The translations under genes were made by a program, and so were the position numbers. Below, piece after piece: positions 1 to 12,420 of a stretch of 64,000 nucleotides of DNA (positions within the stretch are counted from its first letter, which is position 1; every line of letters begins with the position of its first letter). The notes beneath the pieces were generated by a model, which had not been told where the DNA came from, ran no database searches, and worked only from the letters and a program-made list of their open reading frames with translations. The DNA is from Octopus bimaculoides (taxonomy: Eukaryota), in contig NC_068982.1 of assembly GCF_001194135.2 (NCBI RefSeq), positions 53,864,159 to 53,928,158 on the forward strand, given 5' to 3'.

Positions 1-80
1 ACGTTTGTTTTCATTCCTCCACTTCACTCTCTGTTTCATATCTTCTCTAGAATAACTATTGCTTAACCTTTTTTTCGCAC

Positions 81-130
81 CGTCTCCGATGAAGAGATAT
101 ATAAAATATCCCGGAAACAGCTGTAAGACC
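81..130 (+). ncRNA. Minimal type I hammerhead ribozyme motif (Penelope pLTR type), U4->C substitution
   Basis: Helix I GTCT(82-85)/AGAC(126-129); core C-C-GATGA (86-92, canonical CUGAUGA); helix II GAGATAT-ataaa-ATATCCC (6/7 pairs); GAAAC; palindromic helix III ACAGCTGT; cleavage triplet GUA (123-125). Confidence 0.65.
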
Positions 131-255
131 TTCTCTTTATAAATGTTCTGAAATCTTTCACAGCCTTGGATTTTTATCTCATTCTGTTAATTTATATATA
201 TATATATNNNNNNNNNNNAGACACACTTACACACATAAACATATACATATATATG

Positions 256-410
256 CGCATACGACGGGCCTACGCTCAGTTTCCGTATACTAAATTTCTT
301 TATCAAGCAATGGTCAGATCTATAGTAGGAGACACTTCATCACGTACCTCTCAGTGGTACAGAAACCGAAACCAAGAGGTTGTGAACTTCATAACTACAT
401 AGCAATACCA
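256..410 (-). mobile_element. SINE family C, decayed 5' half (tRNA head + CORE-like domain)
   Basis: Degenerate match to the TACGACGGG...CAGTTTCCG...CTATAGTAG.AGACACTT block of the better copies at 33327-33752 and 41315-41816. Confidence 0.6.
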
Positions 411-413
411 ATG

Positions 414-520
<107 letters not shown>

Positions 521-1908
521 CCACCCATACACTCACAGATGCATACATACTTATGCATACGACTACACACAATTTTCTGAAAATAACAATGGGAGGAAGG
601 CTGGAATAGATGTCTTTGTGTGTTTACTAATATCAATATTAATAAACATGGCGCATAAGCGGAAATGTTCTAATTTTCTGCAACAATCGTTTTAAATGAT
701 TGGCTAAGTAGAACAGTAATTAACTTATAAGTACAATAGATTCAAATATATTCTATTGTGGTGAAATGTTTGCCTTCCTCCTCTTTGTCAAATGTTTTTT
801 GTATGTTAGTGAAATGTTCTTTTGCCCGCTGGACCATATATTTTTGTAAATAGCACGGATTTACTTCCTTGTATTTTCTGAAACCCACATCCAACACAAC
901 AAAAACACTACCACCACCTAAATCTACCACAACCACCTAAAACTACCACAACCACCATTACAACCGCTACCACTATCATTGTTTCAGCCACCGCCGCCGC
1001 NNNNNNNNNNNNNNNNNNNNNNNNNNNNNNNNNNNNNNNNNNNNNNNNNNNNNNNNNNNNNNNNNNNNNNNNNNNNNNNNNNNNNNNNNNNNNNNNNNNN
1101 NNNNNNNNNNNNNNNNNNNNNNNNNNNNNNNNNNNNNNNNNNNNNNNNNNNNNNNNNNNNNNNNNNNNNNNNNNNNNNNNNNNNNNNNNNNNNNNNNNNN
1201 NNNNNNNNNNNNNNNNNNNNNNNNNNNNNNNNNNNNNNNNNNNNNNNNNNNNNNNNNNNNNNNNNNNNNNNNNNNNNNNNNNNNNNNNNNNNNNNNNNNN
1301 NNNNNNNNNNNNNNNNNNNNNNNNNNNNNNNNNNNNNNNNNNNNNNNNNNNNNNNNNNNNNNNNNNNNNNNNNNNNNNNNNNNNNNNNNNNNNNNNNNNN
1401 NNNNNNNNNNNNNNNNNNNNNNNNNNNNNNNNNNNNNNNNNNNNNNNNNNNNNNNNNNNNNNNNNNNNNNNNNNNNNNNNNNNNNNNNNNNNNNNNNNNN
1501 NNNNNNNNNNNNNNNNNNNNNNNNNNNNNNNNNNNNNNNNNNNNNNNNNNNNNNNNNNNNNNNNNNNNNNNNNNNNNNNNNNNNNNNNNNNNNNNNNNNN
1601 NNNNNNNNNNNNNNNNNNNNNNNNNNNNNNNNNNNNNNNNNNNNNNNNNNNNNNNNNNNNNNNNNNNNNNNNNNNNNNNNNNNNNNNNNNNNNNNNNNNN
1701 NNNNNNNNNNNNNNNNNNNNNNNNNNNNNNNNNNNNNNNNNNNNNNNNNNNNNNNNNNNNNNNNNNNNNNNNNNNNNNNNNNNNNNNNNNNNNNNNNNNN
1801 NNNNNNNNNNNNNNNNNNNNNNNNNNNNNNNNNNNNNNNNNNNNNNNNNNNNNNNNNNNNNNNNNNNNNNNNNNNNNNNNNNNNNNNNNNNNNNNNNNNN
1901 NNNNNNNN

Positions 1909-1958
<50 letters not shown>

Positions 1959-2555
1959 TTAAGGGCAAAATCTTCAAATCACTAAAACATTCCGACCCAG
2001 TATTTTCTCTAAAGGCTGTGTGTGAGTTTGTGTTGGTGTGTATGTGAGTGTGTGTGAGTGCGCACGCGCGTACGTTTATTGTTTAATTGATGTTAGCCAT
2101 CAAAAGCACAAATATGCAAATTAAGCTATTCGTTACGGTGATAGCCTAATTTAAGACTGTTTAATTTAGCAGCTGAATATTCTATGCCATTGATTAAGAA
2201 ACGAAACCGAGTATAACTTTCCTGAAGCCCGATCAACACACCACAAAACAGTTCCGTACATCAAAAGCATAAAGAGAATGTACTCGCATTCTCATTTGTT
2301 TCAAAGCTATGCCTTCTATTCGAATTTATTCATTTCTGCTACTGTTGTTTCTCTAGAGAACATAGAATTGGCAGAAACGGTTGAATGCTAGATTGTCACG
2401 CGTCTAAATTTACCAAATCTAATCCATACCATTTTCCCCTTCAAAGTTTGACAATAACACACTATAAATTTGTGATCTTGTGTTAAATGGAGAAATCATT
2501 ATTTGCAAGGGTCTGCACATGTAGAATTTTAACAGGATGTGTGCGTTGTATGCAA

Positions 2556-2869
2556 GGTGAAGTTGCGTGGCTAAATGATTAGGACATTCCGCTCACGACC
2601 GTAAGGTCGTGAGTTCGATTCCCGGCGGTGCGTTATTTCACGTTTATTTCACGTTGCTCCAGTCAACTCAGCTGGCAAAAATTCGTAATACATGTGTTTC
2701 AAAGGGACAGCCTTGTCACATTCTATGTCATGTTGAATCTTCCTGAGAACTAAGTTAAGGGTACGCATGTCTGCAGAGTGCTCAGCCACTTGCACGTTAG
2801 TTTCACGAGCCGGCTGTTCTGTTGACTGGATCAACTGGAACCCTCGTCGTCGTAACCGACGTAGTGTCA
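2556..2869 (+). mobile_element. SINE family B, variant B2 (tRNA head + CORE-like segment + B tail)
   Basis: A/B-box-like head (GTGGCTAAATG...GAGTTCGATTCCCGG), then TTTATTTCACGTTGCTCCAGTCAACTCAGCTGGCAAAAA, then the tail shared with B1 (CAGCCTTGTCACA...GGATCAACTGGAACCCTCGTCGTCGTAACCGACG). Confidence 0.85.
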
Positions 2870-3968
2870 GTCTAATATGTATATGTATGTATTTATAAAA
2901 AGCGTTTGTTCAGGATTTGTACGCATTTGTTTATGAATGAAACTTTAAGGTTACCTGTGTATGATTACATAGGTTACATACATATCTTAGTCAACGTGCA
3001 TACGTTTGGTAGTTTTAATATTCTGTTCGGATACATGGCTGATGTTTTTAACAAATGCTTCATCATAATAATTCTCATTTATTTTACTACGTAGACATAT
3101 CAACAATTCTCAACAGTTCTTATATTCTATAACGTTGACGTCACTTTTAGCTATGGAAAATATTGTAGGGTTGAACATGATGCTCTAAGATTTGGTATTT
3201 GAATCCTGAAATGTCTTTCTGAGTTAGCATTACGTTTGATGCTCCCGGTTGATAAAACATTTACCAATATTTACTGGTATCTAATCACTTGGTTAATTCC
3301 TGTTTTCTCACAAAAGTGGCAATGTATCTGGATATATATTACATTCATGCACAAGAACACTCACATATAAGCATACACACATAAATATGTGCACAAACAC
3401 AGACACTAACATAAATCACGCAAAAGATCGCTATCGCTGTATTTCTGTAATCGCAAGGTCGATGAGGACAAGTTTTGGTGCTGTGAATATTCGGTGCAAT
3501 TTTCTGCAAAAAATACTTGGAGTATTTTGGCAGTTGATATTTATTGTAATTTATGGAGGTGAAATAAGGGCAGTGTATATGCTTTGTCACACTAGATATA
3601 TTACAGTACTTAATTTGCAGCCTCATATTACTAAGTTCAAATTTACATGTCAACGAAGGAGCCTCTACGTGGCCGCTCTATCTAGAAGAACCAGCTGCCA
3701 AATTTCCTTTAAGAAACATCATGAATGTTTTAAAAAATGAATGACACATTTTGCAACGTAATTCCGCAATAAATTGATGAGATTCTCACGAGTGGAACGT
3801 CTTTAATGATAGCAGAATTCCTACAAAATTAACAGCAACAACCAAATCAAATTGACCAAACGTCATTTCAGCTTTAAAAACTAAGGTTAATGAATTCGTC
3901 TGTATTTCTGCTGCAAATAGCTTATCGAAGAAACTGCCCAAACTACGATTATTATTATCATTATTACT

Positions 3969-4274
<306 letters not shown>

Positions 4275-5457
4275 TTTGCACAGCTTCTAATGCTGGAGAT
4301 GTACTACATTGTCAGCTGTCCACTACCAGTGAACTAAGGTAACACCTCTTNNNNNNNNNNNNNNNNNNNNNNNNNNNNNNNNNNNNNNNNNNNNNNNNNN
4401 NNNNNNNNNNNNNNNNNNNNNNNNNNNNNNNNNNNNNNNNNNNNNNNNNNNNNNNNNNNNNNNNNNNNNNNNNNNNNNNNNNNNNNNNNNNNNNNNNNNN
4501 NNNNNNNNNNNNNNNNNNNNNNNNNNNNNNNNNNNNNNNNNNNNNNNNNNNNNNNNNNNNNNNNNNNNNNNNNNNNNNNNNNNNNNNNNNNNNNNNNNNN
4601 NNNNNNNNNNNNNNNNNNNNNNNNNNNNNNNNNNNNNNNNNNNNNNNNNNNNNNNNNNNNNNNNNNNNNNNNNNNNNNNNNNNNNNNNNNNNNNNNNNNN
4701 NNNNNNNNNNNNNNNNNNNNNNNNNNNNNNNNNNNNNNNNNNNNNNNNNNNNNNNNNNNNNNNNNNNNNNNNNNNNNNNNNNNNNNNNNNNNNNNNNNNN
4801 NNNNNNNNNNNNNNNNNNNNNNNNNNNNNNATATATATATATATAAACAATGAGTAATACATCGCCAGTTTAAGAGCAGCATTGTTACCAAGTATTGCGC
4901 AGTGAGATCAAACAATTAAATCTAACTTCGGCATTCGTTAGAGACTATCGCTGCTTGTATTCAGGTTTTGTGTTATGTTTGGGAAATTTCTATTTTCAGG
5001 TTTGTACTTATTGTGATTTTAGACTAAATTGTTTGAATTATTACAGTCTGTTCGTGTTGTGAGATACGGTGAATTTGACAATAGAAAATCTACCACTAGA
5101 GGTAGATTCACACAATTGATACATTCTAACATAAACATTGCAAACCACGTGATTTAATATTTAAGTAACTACATAGCTATCCAATTTTGCAGTGAAAATT
5201 TCATTTCTGTGTTTCTTAACCCCAAAAGAATTGTAACGAATTCATTTTTAAATTAATATCTATATCTACGTTGGTTGTGGAGGAGTATATTTTTCAAATT
5301 CAGAAGATCTCTTCCAAAAATGCATGGGTAATATAGGTGTAAACTAGATACATTTACGGTAAGAATTTATATTCCATACTATTATTACATCTCATATTTG
5401 TAGCAGCACGAGTATTTCATTGTTAAATTTATATATATATTTACATATACACACACA

Positions 5458-5676
5458 TGAGAGGGTGCTGAAAATTTTCTGGCCTTGAGTAAAAGAAAAT
5501 ACAAGAGAATCAATTAATTATGGTTTTATTCAACGTATTCCCCTCTCATATTCACACACTAATTGCAACGGTCCTCTTCAGTTTTTCTAAGCACTGTAAA
5601 AGAGCTCGCAAGGTTGGGTCTCCAACCAGGCCTTTCGTGATACCGTTAAAGCCAGGAACTTTTCAGCCCCACCTCG
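5458..5676 (-). mobile_element. 219-bp mariner-derived MITE
   Basis: TIRs TGAGAGGGTGCTGAAAATTTTCTGGC / GCCAGGAACTTTTCAGCCCCACCTCG with TA at 5677-78. Homologous to 60761-60979 (same length, opposite orientation). Confidence 0.85.
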
Positions 5677-6427
5677 TAAATATATATATATATANNNNNN
5701 NNNNNNNNNNNNNNNNNNNNNNNNNNNNNNNNNNNNNNNNNNNNNNNNNNNNNNNNNNNNNNNNNNNNNNNNNNNNNNNNNNNNNNNNNNNNNNNNNNNN
5801 NNNNNNNNNNNNNNNNNNNNNNNNNNNNNNNNNNNNNNNNNNNNNNNNNNNNNNNNNNNNNNNNNNNNNNNNNNNNNNNNNNNNNNNNNNNNNNNNNNNN
5901 NNNNNNNNNNNNNNNNNNNNNNNNNNNNNNNNNNNNNNNNNNNNNNNNNNNNNNNNNNNNNNNNNNNNNNNNNNNNNNNNNNNNNNNNNNNNNNNNNNNN
6001 NNNNNNNNNNNNNNNNNNNNNNNNNNNNNNNNNNNNNNNNNNNNNNNNNNNNNNNNNNNNNNNTTACGAGGTGGGGCTGAAAAGTTATATATATATAAAT
6101 CATCAGAGGGTACGATCTTGAAAAGTGTACATGGTTACCTAAGAAACATTGATAACAAACTCAAAAGAAACAATAATGTAAAAACTGCATCAGTAAGGTT
6201 AGCATTAAACAAGATGTCCACAAAATGGGAATCGAATTACCTCAAAACAGTTTTTCAGGGTTGTTGTAAAAAGCAGCATTGATATATGAATCTGAATGTT
6301 GGGCACTAAGCAGTAATAGCAAATTAAGTGGAACAAATACCAATATGTTAGAGAAAGTTTCATGGCAACATTTACCGAACAATGAATTGTATATGATATA
6401 CATATATATATATATTGGAAACATACA

Positions 6428-6744
6428 AACTGGTACTGCGTCGGTTACGACGAGGGTTCTAGTTGACCCAATCAACGGAACAACCTGATCTTGAAATTAA
6501 CGGACAAGTGGCTGTGATCTCCATGGACACTCATACCCTCAACCTAGTTCTCATGGGGATGCAACATGGCACGGAATGTCTCAAGTTTAACCCTTTGAAA
6601 TACAGTTACAACTCATTTTTTGCCAGCTGAGTTGACTGGGGCAACGTCAGATAAAATGTCTTGCTCGAAGACACTACGTGCTGCCGGATATCGAACCCAT
6701 GACCATACGACCGTGGGCGATTATCCTAGCCACTAAACCGCACG
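6428..6744 (-). mobile_element. SINE family B variant B2, decayed
   Basis: Reverse-complement homology to 2556-2869 along its length. Confidence 0.8.
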
Positions 6745-7477
6745 TTTTTACCGCAAACGTACAATTCTTAAGAGAAACCGTTGACGCAGACTTATGTTTA
6801 TGTCACTGCGTTAGCAAAGAAAAGATTAAGTTGTGCATCTGTATATATANNNNNNNNNNNNNNNNNNNNNNNNNNNNNNNNNNNNNNNNNNNNNNNNNNN
6901 NNNNNNNNNNNNNNNNNNNNNNNNNNNNNNNNNNNNNNNNNNNNNNNNNNNNNNNNNNNNNNNNNNNNNNNNNNNNNNNNNNNNNNNNNNNNNNNNNNNN
7001 NNNNNNNNNNNNNNNNNNNNNNNNNNNNNNNNNNNNNNNNNNNNNNNNNNNNNNNNNNNNNNNNNNNNNNNNNNNNNNNNNNNNNNNNNNNNNNNNNNNN
7101 NNNNNNNNNNNNNNNNNNNNNNNNNNNNNNNNNNNNNNNNNNNNNNNNNNNNNNNNNNNNNNNNNNNNNNNNNNNNNNNNNNNNNNNNNNNNNNNNNNNN
7201 NNNNNNNNNNNNNNNNNNNNNNNNNNNNNNNNNNNNNNNNNNNNNNNNNNNNNNNNNNNNNNNNNNNNNNNNNNNNNNNNNNNNNNNNNNNNNNNNNNNN
7301 NNNNNNNNNNNNNNNNNNNNNNNNNNNNNNNNNNNNNATATATGCAATTGCCTGAAGCGAGAATTTTCCCCATGGCAAACTACTTTGAAAACGGCGTTTT
7401 ACGGGTTAAGAAAGTTCCAAAATAATCTAAATACTTAATTCAGAACACTGCTTTCACATGCCTACTAAGTATATGTA

Positions 7478-7810
7478 CAGGGGTGTTCATTAAATATTCC
7501 CCTGACCCACTTCCCAAGGACTGAGATGAACAAGACTTAGCATAATTATTAGTTCTTCTCTATATAGCCACCACCAATGGTGACACACTTCTCCCATCGC
7601 TTTACCTCGGAAATATCATCATTATCTGAAAAGTGCTTCCTCTTCAAAAAAGACTTCATGGCTGGAAAGAGGAGGAATTCAGATGGTCCGAGGTCGGGAG
7701 AGTAAGAAGGATAAGGAAATATTTCATAACCGCAGGAGTATGCCTTCATCTGGGCAACATGCGCATTGTGAACCGGGGTATCGTCTTGGAGGAGTTAAAC
7801 TCCTATGGTC
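7478..7810 (-). mobile_element. Mariner (DD34D) transposase C-terminal fragment with right TIR
   Basis: Minus strand reads GV*LLQDDTPVH...YPSYSPDLGPSEFLLFP...RWEKCVTIGGGYIEKN*, matching the HDNAPAH and YSPDLAPSD motifs with 34 residues between them. Terminus TA|CAGGGGTGTTCATTAAAT at 7476-7495. Confidence 0.9.
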
Positions 7811-8249
7811 AATATGCCAGCCTCTCTGCTTTGACGGCGCATGCGCGCGTGCGTGCGTACATGCGTGCGTGTCTTTGTGTGTATGTGTGTGTGTATGTGT
7901 ATGAGTATGTGTGTGTGTATAGCAATGTATTTTAATGATGGTTCGCGAAATATTCCTATATATTTACACTGTTTCTATATCCACAATAAACGTTGTATAA
8001 CAATGAGTGTTGAGGTTTAGCCACACAGAAATCAAATCAGAACAAGTAGATTTAAATTTGAAATTTAATCTATTCGTGCTTGTCCTGATTTTCATTGTAA
8101 AATATCGCATGTAGAACAATGTTTTATGTTTAAGACGAAAGGATGTAATTTGAGGTTTTTTATGTGTTATTTCTAGCAAGTGGAGCCACCTCATAAAGAC
8201 AACCAAGACCGCTTCGTCCTAGAGTGTTTATATCTGTATATGAATATTA

Positions 8250-8461
8250 GTTTCAAATTTTGGCATTAGGCCAGCAGTTGCGAGGCATGGGTAAGTCGAT
8301 TATATCGATCCCACTGCTCAACTGGTACTTATTTTATCGACCTCAAAAGGATGAAAGACAAAGTCAACTTCGGCGGAGTTTGAACTCAGAAAGTAAAGGT
8401 GGACAAAATGCCGCTAAGCCTTCTGCCAGGCATGCTAACGATTCTGCCAGCTCGCCACCCT
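8250..8461 (-). mobile_element. SINE family A
   Basis: Full reverse-complement match to the family A pattern (head ...CTGCCAGCTCGCCACC). Confidence 0.85.
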
Positions 8462-8608
8462 ATATCTATATATGAATATCAGTATGCCAGATAATACCGG
8501 ATTATATATATACAAGATTATATGTATATAGGACACAGATACATAAGTACATATACATGCATACATACATACATGTATGTGTGTGTGTGTGTGTGCGTGC
8601 GTGTGTGC

Positions 8609-8646
<38 letters not shown>

Positions 8647-8713
8647 CTACATACATGCATACGTACGTATATATATACATATATGCATACATATATACAT
8701 ACATATTGTTATA

Positions 8714-8951
8714 TATAATCATAAATATATAGGGATTAGTAGAAATCCTGCTTCTCCAACATACTGAGAATTCAGAAACAGCAGCCAAAGAACTACTGAT
8801 TCTAAAACTACAAATTATTCTCTAATTGATCGCTATCAATTAGAGAAAAATTTGTAGTTTTAGAATCAGTAGTTCTTTGGCTGCTGTTTCTGAATTCTCA
8901 GTATGTTGGAGAAGCAGGTTTTCTGCTAATCCCTATATATTTATGATTATA
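8714..8951. repeat. 238-bp fold-back palindrome: 117-bp arms, 4-nt loop
   Basis: Arms 8714-8830 and 8835-8951 are reverse complements with only 3 mismatches (8740/8925, 8746/8919, 8817/8848). Loop is CGCT. Confidence 0.97.
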
Positions 8952-9056
8952 AATGGCTTTACCGAAAAGGTTTTTTCATACTGAGCTACCCGGCATAATT
9001 GTTAATTATTAATTTTATTACTAATTGACGATTCCCTGCCCTGTATATCTATATTG

Positions 9057-9095
<39 letters not shown>

Positions 9096-10604
9096 CATAC
9101 ATACACCCCCCCACACACACACATACATATGTGTGCACGTGAGCGTGTGTCTGATGCGCGCGCGAGCGTATGTACTGCTTCTATAAATCGTTTTAATCGT
9201 TTAATCACAGCTACATTTGACATGATGACATGAACTCATTGACCTTTTGATTGTGTACGCAAACTACGTTTCTGTGTTTTATGTGCATTTGTCTGAATGT
9301 ATGTGTGCGTGAGGGTCAGTTTATATACGTACAAACATATATACATGCATACAAAACATGCATTCATACATACATACATACATGCATACATACATGCACA
9401 CATGCATACATATATACGTACATACATGCAAACACGTACACATATGCGTAAACGTGTGCGTGATTTAATATAGTACAGATTCTGATAAATAAGTGTTTAC
9501 ATACATTAAGAAGTATAACGAGTAATTGTGTACATACATACACATACATACACATACATACACATACAGATATATATATATGCGGGGGTTGGACNNNNNN
9601 NNNNNNNNNNNNNNNNNNNNNNNNNNNNNNNNNNNNNNNNNNNNNNNNNNNNNNNNNNNNNNNNNNNNNNNNNNNNNNNNNNNNNNNNNNNNNNNNNNNN
9701 NNNNNNNNNNNNNNNNNNNNNNNNNNNNNNNNNNNNNNNNNNNNNNNNNNNNNNNNNNNNNNNNNNNNNNNNTATATCAAATACAAACATATATATAAAT
9801 ATAAATATATGAACATATATATGTATTTATGTGTGTGTATATATATATATATATATCCATACACATATACACACATGTATATATATATGTATGTATATAT
9901 ATATCAGACCTGGTCAACCCGCATTATTCCGAGAATGATCTCATATTATATATGTTTCTTTTTATTTTCTTGCTTGTTTAATATTATATTTGTGTCTGTA
10001 AACTCCCAACATTCCGATGGTCTCGAAGTTATAAGCATTTAATATGTCGTTATTGTTGTTTGTACATGACTTAACCGATAATAAGCTGCCACCCACCTTT
10101 TCTTCTACCATATTCCAATATGGCCGAACTTTCAGTCACGGCTTCTCCTTACATGATTAAGCTATGTGTCTTGTCGTGACTGCACCTAAAAGAAAATGGA
10201 CGCATTCACCCTAATTCTCGAGTATGTAGATTAAACGCTACGCTGGACGTAACACACCTATGTTAATTGACTTTTCTTTCTTCTGTCGCGTACAACCTCA
10301 CATCGACACTATTTTGCCGTCTACAGCCGCACAGGGAGACCACATTTACAATTAAACAATGTGTGGAATTTTTATTGTATTTTGATGTGTGTGGTTGTTT
10401 AAATGTATGTATGTATGCTGTCCGCGCGGTCACTGACTCACATTGACGCACAAAACCGCATCAGTTGCATATTGATGCATTAACAAGAACTTATGGTTTA
10501 CCCTTGTAATACAGGCGTTCAGGCACAAGCGAACGCGAGCGTGTGTGCGTGTTCACGTACTCTTGCGCACAAACACGCATATCAACATTCCCCCCATATA
10601 CTCG

Positions 10605-10642
<38 letters not shown>

Positions 10643-10686
10643 CATATAAATATCGATACACACACACAAACGCACACATATATGTA

Positions 10687-10734
<48 letters not shown>

Positions 10735-10835
10735 CACACACACACATACATATATATATACATATATATGTATGTATGTATTACGTACGTATATCAATCG
10801 ATCAAACGAATAGAGATGGCTGTATGGCATTTATG

Positions 10836-10880
10836 AATTAGTTACGATCGTTTCGATAACTGATGGAATTATTCAATCAA
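10836..10880 (-). ncRNA. Degenerate hammerhead-like motif
   Basis: Minus strand TTGATTGAATAATTCCATCAGTTATC-GAAAC-GATC-GTA-ACTAATT. Palindromic helix III ACGATCGT plus GUA is intact; the core is degenerate. Confidence 0.4.
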
Positions 10881-11094
10881 CATGATACATTACATGTATA
10901 ACAATATAAAAAAATTATACACACACATATATATATGTGTGTGTGTGTGTCTGTGTAAGCAATATTAAATGAAAATATCACCGCGAGACACATCATGGTA
11001 TTGCTTCGTTGAGTAATCGTTGGTATTTTCATATACTATTGCAAGGACTTAAATAATTTATACATTTGTATTTCAGTAGTATAAACTACCAAGT

Positions 11095-11139
11095 TTGATG
11101 TAACAATTCCATTAAGTGTCGAAACAATCGTAATTAATT
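11095..11139 (+). ncRNA. Degenerate hammerhead-like motif, inverted homolog of 10836-10880
   Basis: TTGATGTAACAATTCCATTAAGTGTC-GAAAC-AATC-GTA-ATTAATT; 36/45 ungapped identity to the minus-strand copy. Confidence 0.4.
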
Positions 11140-11339
11140 AACAATTAAATATCCGTATTGCTTTAATCGTTATATATTATTTTATACACTTCGATAGATA
11201 AAATATTGATATAACTTTATTTCCCTGATTTTCAATTTGTATAAAACATTTTTGAATGAACTGCACGATTTTTTAAATTTACCATGTTCTGTGAGCCGGG
11301 ATTTCCCTGTATCCGCCTGTATCACAAAGGTATTGACAA

Positions 11340-11639
11340 GGACTTACTTTGTAAGTGTAGTACGTATTCTATCGTTTTTTTTTGCCCAACCGCTAAGTTA
11401 CAAGCACATTAACACACAAACATCGGTTGTGAAGCGATGGTGCGGGGCGATAAACACAGACACACAAACATATACATATATATACATATATACGACGGGC
11501 TTTTTTCAGTTTCTGTCTACCAAATACACTCACAAGGCTATAGTAGAAGACACTTGCCCAAGGTGCTACGCAGTGGGACTGAACCAGGAACCATGTGGTT
11601 GAGAAGCAAGCCTCTTACCACACAGCCATGCCTGCGCCT
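11340..11639 (-). mobile_element. SINE family C (tail truncated)
   Basis: CCGCTAAGTTA...CGGTTGTGAAGCGATG, internal CA/TA SSR, TACGACGGGC...GACACTTGCCCAAGG...CCACACAGCCATGCCTGCGCCT. Confidence 0.9.
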
Positions 11640-11662
11640 ATATGTTTTATATACGATGATGA

Positions 11663-11696
<34 letters not shown>

Positions 11697-11935
11697 GTGT
11701 GTGTCTGTGTGTTGTACAGAGATAAACAGAAAGGGAAAAGAGAAGAGAGAGCCCCAGCACGTAAGCGAGGGAGAGATAATAAAATAGAAATACAGGAATA
11801 TATGAAGACACTGACACAAACGTTATATTTATGTATATTTGGGTTTGCATGGGTTTATATGTTTATATGGATGTGTGTTACATTGGTGGTCACGAACGAG
11901 TTTAAGCCAGAAAATATTTATATAACTAGGGTGTA

Positions 11936-12110
11936 TTAAAAGAAAGAACGAAAGAAAGAAAGAAAGAAATGATGAGAAAAAGGAGGAGGAGGAGGAGGAG
12001 GGGGAGGAGAAGAAGAAGGAGGAGGAGGAGGAGGAGGAGAAGAAGAAGAAGAAGAAAAAGAAGAAGAAGCAGAAGAAGAAGAAGAAGAAGAAGAAGAAGA
12101 AGAAGAAGAA
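11936..12110. repeat. Polypurine (GAAA/GGA/GAA)n tract
   Basis: About 170 bp of almost pure purine on the + strand. Confidence 0.95.
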
Positions 12111-12367
12111 TGAAGCAATGCAAGTATGCCGTGCCGTGAGAGAAAGGGGAAAAAAATGATGGAAAAGGTAGAAATTATTGCTTAAAAAGAAGAAGGAAAA
12201 AAAACAACAATATATATGAGGTGACAGTTCTAAATAGACGAAAACTAATATGACTGAGTTTATGGAGCCAACGATATATTTGCTGTCTTTTTATGATAAC
12301 CGACACTGTTTTTCTAACGACAATGAATATAAATACGATCTTTTTAGTCCTTGCTTTTAAAGTTATC

Positions 12368-12420
<53 letters not shown>

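Noticed and set aside
742-936. Minus-strand ORF ...KYKEVNPCYLQKYMVQRAKEHF... after a TTTCAG
   Set aside because: Protein-like but short, unrecognised and starting in low-complexity DNA; ORFs of this length are expected by chance.
2100-2500. Isolated octamer (ATGCAAAT) and TCF-like motifs as an enhancer
   Set aside because: Short motifs are expected by chance in AT-rich DNA, and no conservation data are available.
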